The notes under the pieces are model-generated. The model saw only the letters and a program-made list of their open reading frames with translations, made no database searches and had not been told where the DNA came from. A DNA stretch of 63,583 nt, the filler included, from Guillardia theta CCMP2712 (lineage: Eukaryota > Protista > Cryptophyta): the NCBI RefSeq assembly GCF_000315625.1. It is 8 parts of 8 records of this genome, joined end to end, with 100 filler letters (N's around TTAATTAATTAA, not from the genome) between each part and the next. Parts side by side here need not be neighbours in the genome. Positions count along the whole stretch, not along the records: positions 1 to 3,770 come from NW_005434296.1; positions 3,871 to 8,056 come from NW_005434149.1; positions 8,157 to 30,595 come from NW_005434618.1; 5 more parts are not named here. The stretch is one strand, 5' to 3'. Positions within the stretch are counted from its first letter, which is position 1, and each line of letters starts with the position of its first letter. The position numbers were made by a program, and so were the translations under genes. Shown here one piece after another: positions 1 to 11,193 of the stretch.

Positions 1-145
1 TGCGGCGAGCAGATGAAGAGGGAAGGATGATTCTGCGTTGACTTGAGCTCGAGCAAGCCTGGTTGGAAGAGTTCGAGTGATTTTGCGGCCTTGAGAGTCT
101 TTGCGTTGTTCGGTCATATGTCGTCAATGTTTCGACTCAGTTCAG

Positions 146-365
146 AGCTAATGGCATCATGTTCGTTAGCTAATAGCATCATGTTCGTTAGCTAATGGCA
201 TCATGTTCGTTAGCTAATAGCATCATGTTCGTTAGCTAATAGCATCATGTTCGTTAGCTAATAGCATCATGTTCGTTAGCTAATAGCATCATGTTCGTTA
301 GCTAATAGCATCATGTTCGTTAGCTAATAGCATCATGTTCGTTAGCTAATAGCATCATGTTCGTT
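146..365. repeat. 22-bp tandem repeat (AGCTAATAGCATCATGTTCGTT), about 10 copies
   Basis: Directly visible near-perfect units; two carry an A>G variant. Confidence 0.95.
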
Positions 366-758
366 GTAGTTGATACACATATTTCATTGTTGACCTGTAA
401 GTCCTGAAGTCTACTTGGAAGTTCAAGTACGGACTGTGCAAGTTCAACGGTTGAAGATAGACACGATGACATTCTTTTGTAGTATCTGCTTATGACTCGG
501 TCCAACTTGAATCCTCCAATTTTGACCTGTGAACCCGCAGCCCGACGATCCATGTTGTTCATCCTCATGGAAAAGGAAAGATTTTGCTTCGAGATTTCTA
601 TCTTTGCCTCATGTCCGACTCCTAAAGCCGGATCATTCTTGTGTAGTGAAGGCACACGTCGAAAATCTACTCAGCTGAGCACAAGCTCATCCTCTAGACC
701 CCTGCAAAGGAGCATGAGACTCAACGCGGGTATACATGATCGCAAATCAAATGACACG

Positions 759-1811
759 TCACCATGGGATGAAAGACTCCTCCTGCTCGTCATATACGTA
801 GCAGAAGGCGTTTCCGGGCCTCGCGCAGTGATCTCGGTAGCTGCATACCCACACTTCAAACCTGCTAGCCACCATCTGCTTCCCGAGTCCACCCGTCATG
901 ATGGTGTAGTTCATCGCAAGCTCACTATCCACGATCTCCTGCCACTCATGCTGTATTTTGCAGGTGAGGTAGTCTGGGTACATAGTCCAGTTTCGCTCTG
1001 TTGCTCCAGTTGGAGTTGAAGCTAGGAGTAATGCAGCTGTCGTGCTGTCAAAATATTCTGAGGAAGAGGATACTAGTAGGGTTGTACTTGGTTCGAACGT
1101 GAATACGGTGGAAGAGATATCTTCACTTCCGCTGCAATAAGTTTCGTTTCGGCACGGTTCTAGATTCGCGTCTAATTGAGTGAAAGAAGGCCAAGACTTG
1201 TGGTAGCACGTCAGATTGTTGCCTCTTAGATCCAAGATGGAAAGTGAAGTCAAATCAGTGAAAGCCTGTGAAGAAATGCAGGAAATCTTGTTGTTGTTGA
1301 GGTACAACCTCTGCAAGTTTGAGAGCCCGTCGAAGATCCCGTCAGGAACCATCTGCAGGTTGTTGGTGGAAAGCCATAGCCCCTGCAAAGTGGAGAGCCG
1401 ACTGAAGATTCCTGCCGGCAGACTCTCCAGAATGTTCTGATCCAGGAATAGCTGCAGCAAGCTTGAAAGGCCGTCGAAAACCCCTGCTGGAAGACTTTTC
1501 AGCTGGTTGCGCTGAAGCAGGAGGTACTCCAAGCTGTAGAGCCCATCGAAGACAGTGTTGTTGGCTATTTCCCGAATGGGCGGTATCTGATAATTCAAAC
1601 GCAAACTCTTTTGACCATAATCAAATATAACATCAATACCACAATCACCGTTACAGGTGCCCTCCCTCCACAACAACCCCTCATCTGACTTATGAAACGT
1701 GCAGCTGTTACAGTAGGCTAACGATTCGCCGGCCTCGGCCTGCAGACATGCCCAGCTTCCCAGCAGAAACCAGACAAACGTCCTCCTCCTGCCTTGACTC
1801 TTCCGCTGCAT
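759..1811 (-). CDS. Secreted/surface leucine-rich-repeat protein; probably continues via an intron into 320-655
   Basis: Hydrophobic N-terminus ending LQAEA; tandem 24-aa LxxLxLxxNxLxxLPxGIF repeats; Ser/Thr-rich stalk; Cys-containing domain. Confidence 0.85.
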   Translation of the reverse strand: MQRKSQGRRRTFVWFLLGSWACLQAEAGESLAYCNSCTFHKSDEGLLWREGTCNGDCGIDVIFDYGQKSLRLNYQIPPIREIANNTVFDGLYSLEYLLLQRNQLKSLPAGVFDGLSSLLQLFLDQNILESLPAGIFSRLSTLQGLWLSTNNLQMVPDGIFDGLSNLQRLYLNNNKISCISSQAFTDLTSLSILDLRGNNLTCYHKSWPSFTQLDANLEPCRNETYCSGSEDISSTVFTFEPSTTLLVSSSSEYFDSTTAALLLASTPTGATERNWTMYPDYLTCKIQHEWQEIVDSELAMNYTIMTGGLGKQMVASRFEVWVCSYRDHCARPGNAFCYVYDEQEESFIPW

Positions 1812-2609
1812 CGCGTGCGCGGTTTTTGAGGTCGATTGATGGTCAGGTGGGGTGGTACAGGGAGAGGGTAGTTGGTTTAATGCCCACTGAATTAGCTTTC
1901 ATATGTTGAATTGATTCTACTAATTTTGAAAAGATGCGATATTAATTCCAATTGCTCACTCGAAATTTGAGTTCAGTGGAACCCCTCCGGTAGGAAACTG
2001 ACTTTTCAATATCTAAACTCATCAACTGATGGTCATTTTTAATAAACTTTAGTCAAAGTTTCACTTAGTGATTGGATTTTACTCAAAGTTAATTTAAATC
2101 AGTACTATTCCAAGATAGAACAGTACTGGCAGCATCTGTCAAGTACGGTATCAATTATAATCATTTTAATGGATACAGTACCATTTTCAAGTGACGTTAG
2201 TACTATTTAAATAAGTTAAGTGACTCAGTGATGGCATGGTAACTAAAACTTCACGGCAGTGACCTCACTTATGACTACAATCACTTTAACTTAACTTTGA
2301 GTAAAAGCATGGGGGGGGAGACCCACGTCCCGGTCCGGTGGCAGTGACTTATTGTAACTTAACTTTGAGTAAATGGGCCTTCTGTCACGTTAGGAGCTCG
2401 GAGCCACTGAGCACCACCGTTGAGCGGGCCAGGCACTGAGGCGTTCCGACTGACTCAGTGAACTTCCGAATCGGCGCCGGGCCCGGCCCGGCCGCCTGCG
2501 GCGTTCGGCGGCCCGGCGGAGTCCCGGGGACGGTGAACGGTGGACCCTGGCGTTCCGGCTGAAGTGGCGGGTAACGTTTACACGCCTTTTTGAACGTTTG
2601 CTCTGAAGA

Positions 2610-3320
2610 ATGTCGTCGCTGGTGCATGCGCGGGTGCGGTACTTCGAGGAGAGGATGCGGGCAGGGGGATGGGAGGAGGCGGACGAGAGCAAGGTGAAGG
2701 TGAAGGTGGACCAAGACATCCTGAGCCCCGGCCTCGTCAGGCAGGCCAAGAGGAGACTGAGGAAGGAAGAAGCGATCGGGGAGGAGGAGGGAGGGGAGGG
2801 AGGGCAGGAGCCGACGTGGAAGAAGAGGAAGAGTATGGGAGGACAAGACAAGGAGAACGAGATGGCGAGGTCAAAGAACGTGAAAGAAGTCAAAGAGAAC
2901 AAGAACAGCATGTCTGATGAGATCGTCTGTCAAATCTCTTTCAGTGAGGAGCTCGAAGAGACAGCACCCGACGCGGAGAAGGAGGTGAAGGAGGAGGAGG
3001 AGCCAGATCAGGTGCAAGAGGAAGAAAACAAAGTTGAAGCGAAAATCATTCCTCCCTCTGTTGTCACATGGACTATCCACCCGTGGTATCACTCTCTTCC
3101 TCTCTCTTTGCTCCCTTTTCCTGCCTCTGCTGACTTCTCCTACCTCTCCCCCTCCATTGTCCTCCCTCCTTCCTCTAGCTCATACTTGCCAACACAAGTT
3201 CTGACATCGCATGTCATTGTTGCCAGGTCCTCGCAGTCCCTTCTGTGTGAACAAACTCAAGAAAGTTCAGAGATGAACGCACAAGAGAATTTCAGTTCGC
3301 CTAGGACATGTGAGTTGTGA
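2610..3320 (+). CDS. Acidic, low-complexity hypothetical protein (5' exons)
   Basis: ATG with strongly coding-like GAG/AAG codon use; the ORF runs into pyrimidine-rich intron-like sequence. Confidence 0.45.
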   Translation: MSSLVHARVRYFEERMRAGGWEEADESKVKVKVDQDILSPGLVRQAKRRLRKEEAIGEEEGGEGGQEPTWKKRKSMGGQDKENEMARSKNVKEVKENKNSMSDEIVCQISFSEELEETAPDAEKEVKEEEEPDQVQEEENKVEAKIIPPSVVTWTIHPWYHSLPLSLLPFPASADFSYLSPSIVLPPSSSSYLPTQVLTSHVIVARSSQSLLCEQTQESSEMNAQENFSSPRTCEL

Positions 3321-3870
3321 AGAGCATGCTATAGTGATGAGACTCAAACATGACTTCTTTTCTCCTCTTCTTCTTTCTCCTCCTCCTCCTCCTCCTCCTC
3401 CTCCTCCTCCTCCTCCTCCTCCTCCTCCTCCTCCTCCTCCTCCTCCTCCTCCTCCTCCTTCCTCCTCCTCTACCTCCTCCTCCTCTACCTCCTCCTCCTC
3501 CTCCTCCTCTACCTCCTCCTCTTCCTCTACCTCCTCCTCCTTCTCCTTCCTCCTCCTCCTCCTCCTCCTCCTCCTCTACCTCCTCCTCTACCTCCTCCTC
3601 TACCTCCTCCCCTCCCCAACCCCCTTCCCTTGCCCCCCCCCCCCCCCCCCCTTCCTTTCTTCTCTTCTTCTCGTACTTTCACTTCTTGAACTTGTTTTCT
3701 TCTCTCTACTTCTCTCCGTCGTCGCCATCACATTTCCAGCAAGGTCAAGGATGATTCTAACGAGGAGTTTNNNNNNNNNNNNNNNNNNNNNNNNNNNNNN
3801 NNNNNNNNNNNNNNTTAATTAATTAANNNNNNNNNNNNNNNNNNNNNNNNNNNNNNNNNNNNNNNNNNNN

Positions 3871-4111
3871 AGGGAGGAAGAGGAGGGTGTGAGGGAATAC
3901 GTTCTCTAGTGAGAGCCCCTTCTTTTTAAGCTCTCGACGTCCGTGACTTTGCAGCCATCCTCGAACGACATGCATAACACCCTGAGGTTAACATCAATTC
4001 ACGACCATTTCTTCCATCTTCGCCATTTTCACCATCTCCATCATCATCTCTATTATCATCTCTATTATCATCTCTATTATCATCTCCATTTCCATCATTT
4101 CCATCATCATT

Positions 4112-4142
<31 letters not shown>

Positions 4143-5726
4143 GCATCATCTCCATATGCTTCATCATCACCACAATCTAATGAAATTACCTTGAGCTCGA
4201 CAGGGGGTAGAAGATCTCAGGAACGACAACAAAAGGGTCATGCCTGTCATGCAGGATGACGTAGAGTAGACATCAACTGGTCGACTCACTTGAACAGAGA
4301 TCGACATCGTTCAGCATTCTTTGCTTCCTGTTGAAAGTCCAGCTCGATCGGCAAGTTGGGTGCAATCTGGAGGGAGCGTGAGAACCAAGACCACAAGCAA
4401 CGATGAAGTTGAGACGAACACAATCATCAAGACTGATCTCTCTGCATTTGGAGATCCGCATGAAACAACACAGGCAAACAGGCCAGTTGTGACTATTACA
4501 ACTCAACAACCAACTCAACAACCAACTCGCTCCTCACCTCATCCGCGAGCCACCACAGCGGCATGGCAGGGAAGAGCTTCGAGACGACTTGAACGACTGC
4601 TCTTACAGCATCTACATCCCCTACTGCTGTCTCCCGCAGCCCATAGTGCTGGACCTTGACCGCTACCTTCCTCCCCGTCCTCTCTCCCTCACTGGGATGG
4701 AGATGTGCGACGTGTACTTGAGCAAGGGAGGCCGAGGCGATCGCTTCCTTGTCAAAGGAGGCAAACAAAACACTGACAGGCTTCCCTAAGTCTTCTTCGA
4801 TCGTCTTCGAAACATTCTCAAATGAAGACCTGAAAGACCATGTCAGTATCGAGTGAAGATGGCGTGGGAAGGAGGAGGTGGGACAGCGGGGTAGAAGCGA
4901 GGAGAGCAGGAAGGAGCAAGAGAAGTGGAGGAAGAAGAATGGATAAAGCCAGGAAGCGAGGAGAGCAGGAAGGAGCAGGAGAAGGGGAGGAGCAAGAATG
5001 GATGAAGCCAGGAGGAGCGCCGGGAGGGAGAGGTGACGAGGCGGGGGAGAAGGCGCGATAGAAACAACAGCAGGGGATACGCATACGATGGGGAGCTAGG
5101 GAGGTCGAGGGTCAAGAGGAGGGAAGGGACCTTGGAGCATCGTCGAGGCAAGCTCGGAGAGTGGTGGTGTACTCATCAGGAAGGAGGTAGTCCATCTGGG
5201 AGAGGTGCTGGGCAATCTTGATATATGCTCCCTTGTTTGCCCTGGCAAGGGACAGCAGTCTCTCCGCGCTTCTTTGGTGTGCCCTGCGCATGTCCTCTGT
5301 TGTTTCCGACATCTCCGCAAGCTTCCTCTCCTTCACAAGATTCTCTGCTCGATCTGCCGCCCTCTGCATCGTCTCCTGAGCCTCCTTCTCTGCCGCCGCG
5401 ACCGCTTCCCTCGACGACTTGCCGTCGGCAAGAAGGCTAGCAAGCCTCTGCTCAGCTTGCTTCGCTATCCGATCAGCTTCCTCAAGCTCTCGGGCGGCAC
5501 TGTCGATCTTGATCCTCGTCTCATCTCGTCGGATCAGATTCCTCATCATCGTATCCTTCATCCTCACGAGTTTGTAATCCACAACTATGACCGCCGACGT
5601 CTTCACCAGCCGGAATATTCGGAACCCCGCCTCCAGGAACGCGACGCAGCGATCTCTCTCCTGCTTCTTCCACAGCAGCAAGCTCCCTCCTGCCGCTCCT
5701 CCCACGCATGCCGCCGCCAGCATCAC
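3871..5726 (-). CDS. ABC1/aarF (ADCK-type) atypical kinase, multi-exon, 3' end lost in gap
   Basis: Exons encode NKGAYIKIAQHLSQMDYLLPDEY...LDDAP and FASFDKEAIASASLAQVHVA...VAVKVQH, the hallmark ABC1 motifs. Confidence 0.9.
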
Positions 5727-6577
5727 CCTCCTCCTCGCTGCGCAGCCCCGACCACCCGCCCTGCCGCCACCATGGCGCCAAGCAGTTCCTCCGTCAACTT
5801 TGCAAGTCCGCCTCGATTCTCACCATGGAAAAATTGAAGGACAGCAAGTATGATATAGTAGGACTGTGACTCCGGGTGACCACGGGCCCGGGTACTTTCA
5901 CTGCGCGGGCCGGCGGTGACTTCGGCCCGGCCGCGCCTTCGGTCTCAGTAGCCTAGTGTGACCGTCAGTGCTAGTCCCGTCCTTTACTCAAAGTTAAGTC
6001 CCGTCAGTGCTAGTCCGACTGTCAGTAACATCCGAGTCTAGTAACCGGCGTCGGAGGCAGTGTTGACCAGGTACGCCGACACCGACAAGCCTCCCGGGGC
6101 GGCGTCACTGTACCGCACGGTAGGAAGGCCGGGCGGCCCCGGGCCTCCGGACACGGTCAATGTGGACAAGTCCGATCCGACTGATCATCAGAGTACGGCC
6201 CGGGCGTCAACCCGGCCCCGGGCGGCCGCCGGGCCGGCCGCGTCCGCCGATGATACGCCGTCGCCGCGCCGGTGCCAGGACCGTCGGGCCGGAGGTCTGG
6301 CCGGCCTGCGGCGCCGGTCAGGCTCGAGTCACTGAGACCCTCGAACCAGGGCAAAGTTTTTTTAGGGGCCATATTGTTGCAGTCGTACGGTGGGTGGTAA
6401 ATACACCGGTAGTACAATCAAAGGAGGTTAAAAGTACCGGTACCTGACATATACAGCACAGCTACAAAGTAGGGGTGATCAAATTCTTGTACCACCACCG
6501 GTGGGTCCTCTAGTCCCTTAGGGCGGGGGCGAATATTCTTCACGAGGAGTAGCAGAAAGGAAGCGCTCTTCCTCTAC

Positions 6578-8056
6578 ATGTCAGCGCCATGCTCGGTGCT
6601 GGCGCTCTCTCCATGCGCGTCCTCGCATCCTCTCATCGTGCTCTCCTTGATATCTCCTCTCCTCCCTTCGTGATGCAAGCATATATGGCTTCATATCAGA
6701 CCTTGCTCGTTTTGGGGCACAAATAGAAGGAGTTGTGCGACATGCACTTTTCCATTCGCTATCTACTTCTTTTTTTGTATGAGCATTGCCGTTTTGTCAT
6801 GAAAAATTACAGGAAGTCTGCAGTGTTGTAGCACAAGTTATGTTGAAACGAATGTGGGATTTCTCACCATTCTAACGTTGAAATTTTATCATACTTCAAT
6901 CTGTCTCTTCCCCAAGCGATCAATTAGATATGTTTGTTTCTAGGATGCATAGGTTTTGCTTGTCTGTTTGAAGTTTGCATTGTGATCAGGTTCAAAAAAA
7001 ATTGAAAATGGCTAGCATTCAGTTGAATGTTCGAGGCAGTTCGTTGCTTCCTCAACTTTTCTTGAAGCATTGAATGTTAGGACAAAGTGGACAAGTGGGT
7101 AGAGCTGTTTTGACGCGTGTAGCGATCATGTAGAAGATCTGTTTGCAGAATAGAAGATTAGGATAGAATTTACATTTTCTCAGGTATAAGAAGATGAATG
7201 GACATTGCAACATGTACACTAGCACGCTGTTTGGGATGCACAAAGACGATTTTTCTGTGATGTGTTGTTTGTTGGACTTGTGAGGCAGGAAAGGAGGTCT
7301 GATCAGAATAAGATTAGGAGAGTGTGAAGGAGAGAAGCGAGATAACACAAAAGGAAGAAAGCAGAAGTGGATCTGTGAGCAAGTCAGAAGTGAAGACTTT
7401 GGATGAACTGATGGGTGCCGGGCAGCAACCATAGACGCTGACGCTTTTCATGTGAGGAGGATTGATGGGGAGAGGAGGGAGGGAGGGAGGGAGGGAGGTA
7501 GGAGCCTTGAATCTTGCTGCATGGTTTGTTGTAATGAATGCTCTCAAAGAATTTCTGCTGAACTCCAACGCGACCTTCGATGTTGCTAGGTTACATGTGC
7601 TGCGCATGGCACCAAACGGCACATGGGCCGACGGGGGAGGGAGGGAGGGAGGAAGGGGAGCGGAGCGGAGCGGAGGGGAGAGGAGAGGAGAGGAAAGACG
7701 CTGGCGAGCATGCAGCATGGAGGAGAGGTAATCTTGCCCTTTGTGATGGCGCGTTTTGAGTGCGCAGCAGTGTCATCTATGAAAGCGAGAGCGCGCGAGG
7801 GATGGGTTGGGGGCAGCAGTTGGGCGGTAGAGGAGGAGACGGTAGGAATGGGGTACAGAGGAAGCGGCAGAACGAGAACGAGGAGGAGGATGAGAAGGGC
7901 AGAGATCATGATGAAGACGACAACAACGATGAGAAGGAGGACTCTGCTGCACATCCGCCGGACATGACTGCATGCTCTGTTTGGCGACGGACGAGGGATG
8001 GTAAGGAAGCACTTCATCATTTGTTTTGGAGGAGCTAGGAGAGAAGAAGCATGGCG
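6578..8056 (+). CDS. Multi-exon hypothetical protein
   Basis: Alternating short coding-like segments and GT/GC..AG intron-like segments; no recognisable domain. Confidence 0.3.
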
Positions 8057-8221
8057 NNNNNNNNNNNNNNNNNNNNNNNNNNNNNNNNNNNNNNNNNNNN
8101 TTAATTAATTAANNNNNNNNNNNNNNNNNNNNNNNNNNNNNNNNNNNNNNNNNNNNACGTCCGCAGCCGAAGGGTCAGCAATCAGCAACAAGCAGCAGGA
8201 GCAGCCTGGGAGGAATAAAAT

Positions 8222-8324
8222 CCCTTAGACGCGATCCCGGAGGCAGCCGACTGACCACTGTCCTATCCTGACCACTGTCCTATCCTATCCTGCCTACTGT
8301 CAGTCGGCTGCCTCCGTCTAAGGG
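8222..8324. repeat. Small inverted-repeat (MITE-like) hairpin
   Basis: CCCTTAGAC..CGGAGGCAGCCGACTGAC pairs with GTCAGTCGGCTGCCTCCGTCTAAGGG; the loop holds a tandem duplication of TGACCACTGTCCTATCC. Confidence 0.8.
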
Positions 8325-8340
8325 GCCAGCCGTGCTCTCT

Positions 8341-10262
8341 GCTGGTTACTTTTGGTCTTGTTTTGTTGTGTGTGTTTGTGCAGCTTCTCGCTGTGTGCAT
8401 GCCGGTTTAGCTTGTTCCTGCTTTGTTTTTTCTTGAGGCACTTTTTACCTTGTGCGAGTAAAACTTCCTCTTGTTCAAGAAGCTGGTGAGGGCGAGCCAT
8501 CTCCAGAAGCTCCGCTTCTTCCTCCAGGGGTCATCTCCGTTTCTCTCGCGAGTCCAGTCTGAATATCTGAGTTTTACTCGCACAAGGTCAGATCCTCACT
8601 TGACACACACAAAAAAACCAAGACCACAAAAGCAGCAGGAAGATTTACTGGCAGAAGGTGAAAAGTGCCTCAAGCAAAACAAAGCGGGAACAAGCTAAAC
8701 CTGATCCACTACCTCGCTTGCACACAGCGCACAGCGAGAAACTGCAACGAGACGTCCGCCGCCGCGGCCGCGGACGGAGAAAGGGCAGCCGCCGACAAGG
8801 AGCCGGCGTTGCCCGGGGGTCCGCCTGGGGCAGCGGACGGAGCAGACAATGGATTTACTGGCAGAAGGTAAAAAGTGCCTCAAGCAGAACAAAGCAGGAA
8901 CAGTGATAGTGGATTTACTGGCAAAAGGTAAAAAGTGCCTCAAGCAAAACAAAGCAGGAACAAGCTGAACCTCCATCCAAGAGAACCACTTGTGATAATC
9001 AAGAATCAAAATTTATTAAATGTGATTAAAAAACAGAAAGCTTCAGAAGTGAAGCAGAAAGCTTGCAGGGTTTTATATTCCTTGAATGAAGTCCCTAGTT
9101 TCCTAGGAGTCATTCTTGGCACATTCTTGTCTACAAGTCCGCATTAGTCGCAATTAAACTGCAACCTCGATGTTTCAGGTTTTAAATTCCTTCACNNNNN
9201 NNNNNNNNNNNNNNNNNNNNNNNNNNNNNNNNNNNNNNNNNNNNNNNNNNNNNNNNNNNNNNNNNNNNNNNNNNNNNNNNNNNNNNNNNNNNNNNNNNNN
9301 NNNNNNNNNNNNNNNNNNNNNNNNNNNNNNNNNNNNNNNNNNNNNNNNNNNNNNNNNNNNNNNNNNNNNNNNNNNNNNNNNNNNNNNNNNNNNNNNNNNN
9401 NNNNNNNNNNNNNNNNNNNNNNNNNNNNNNNNNNNNNNNNNNNNNNNNNNNNNNNNNNNNNNNNNNNNNNNNNNNNNNNNNNNNNNNNNNNNNNNNNNNN
9501 NNNNNNNNNNNNNNNNNNNNNNNNNNNNNNNNNNNNNNNNNNNNNNNNNNNNNNNNNNNNNNNNNNNNNNNNNNNNNNNNNNNNNNNNNNNNNNNNNNNN
9601 NNNNNNNNNNNNNNNNNNNNNNNNNNNNNNNNNNNNNNNNNNNNNNNNNNNNNNNNNNNNNNNNNNNNNNNNNNNNNNNNNNNNNNNNNNNNNNNNNNNC
9701 AGTCCGTCCAAGGCATATTCTCGTTCCGTGCGATGTACATCATTAAGCAAATCGTGTGCACCAGCTTCTCGTTCAGGACCATCAAGCTGTCAGCTATACA
9801 CAATCACTGCTTTTCGGTAAGTCGTCTAGATCAAGCACTACAAGTGGACATCAGCCTCATCGTCAGCTCCCAGACCTCCAGCAGCGCTGAGACGAAGTTC
9901 CAACTCGTGTACGCGGTATATTCAATTGTCGTAGACCAGTCCTCTCACGTGACAGTGCCAGAACTCAGAGAGGTCCTTGATAGGGCCTCGAAGGCTATAA
10001 AAGGGCTAATGGATTTACCGTTACTGGCAGAAGGTAAAAAGTGCCTCAAGCAAAACAAAGCAGGAACAAGCTAAACCTCCAGGCACACAGCGCACAGCGA
10101 GAAGCTGCACAATCACACACAAAACACAAGCCCGGAAAGAACCAGCACTAAAAAAGGATGAAACTCGTCAGAGCTAGGTGGTCCTCTTCCCCTTTCGTGT
10201 GTGTGCCACGATTGTTGAGACGTCTTTGTGTGTATCGTCTTGTCTTGTTTTGTGTGTGTGTG
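8341..10262. repeat. Cluster of 60-130 bp dispersed repeat units (GATTTACTGGCAGAAGGTAAAAAGTGCCTCAAGCAAAACAAAGCAGGAACAAGCTAAACC...)
   Basis: Copies at about 8341-8465 (-), 8571-8640 (internally deleted), 8642-8746, 8851-8902, 8911-8972 and 10021-10146, plus a tail fragment near 10236-10262 (-). Confidence 0.85.
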
Positions 10263-11193
10263 TGAAAGAAATAAAACCGGGACAGCCGCTAGTAGCCGGG
10301 ACAGCCGCTAGTAGCCGCTGACTCCCGCGGCCGCCGGGACGCCGGGGCCGAGACTCCGCGGCCGGGAGTGCCGGGCCGGGCCATCCGGCGGCGTTGTGAG
10401 TAAGGGCCCCGCGCCGGGGCCCGGCCCGCCCCCCGGGCCGGGCCCCGGTTGCGGGCGGCCGAGACTCCATAATCATGATCCGACTGACTCTGAGCCGGTC
10501 CGACTCTCACGGTCTGGACTCGCCTCAGTGAGCCTGGTACGGTATGAGTCAAGTGCTGAGGCTATTTCGGGTGCCATTTCATCGCCCTCGTTCTCTATCC
10601 CTCATACAGCACAAGATCCAAACGGCTCTAATCCTGGCATTGGACTCCATGATCATATGGGGTGGGGTAGCATACAAAGGGTGGGGTGGTATTCGAAGGG
10701 GTTTGAGGGTGTGCTGACATACAGGGGACCGACAGGTAAAGGTAAGGGGTACTGTAAGGAGTATTTCAAGTTGAGAATTGATATGTCCAGGGTAGGGTAG
10801 TGAGACACGGGGTAGGGTGAAGTCAGCCTGTTCTAGTACGGGGTGGGTGATATTTGAGTAAAACCTTTTTTTAGGACCAGAAATAGAGCAGGAGGGCATT
10901 AGCGGCAGCATAGCAGCCGAGGCATCAGATCGCAGCTGCTTGACCCTCGCGCTCCGTGTCTTGACGTCTCCTTCCCTCTCCCTCCTCCTGCTCAAGTACC
11001 TTCTCTCACTCTTCTCTCACCTGCATCTCAGCTGCGGCGCATTTAGTCGCTCTGAAACTTGATAGTTGACACTTGGTTTCTGTGACGGCTCTTCGTGGGT
11101 CACAGTTCGCATCTTCCCGTGAAGTCATCTCAGTGACGCAGGAGCCCTCAAGGATCTGTGTCATCGACTTTTCTTGATCATCAGAGTCTATAA

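Noticed and set aside
146-365. CRISPR interpretation of the 22-bp repeat
   Set aside because: Head-to-tail units with no spacers.
3310-3822. Poly-P/L/S, poly-AP, poly-RS and poly-EQ ORFs here and elsewhere
   Set aside because: Translations of intronic microsatellites.
3771-3870. TTAATTAATTAA palindrome flanked by N runs (also at 8101, 30640, 45292, 47837, 50861, 58921)
   Set aside because: Artificial contig linker with stops in all frames; not biological.
8341-10146. CRISPR array interpretation of the repeat cluster
   Set aside because: Eukaryotic context, repeats too long and variable, mixed orientation, irregular spacing and no cas genes.
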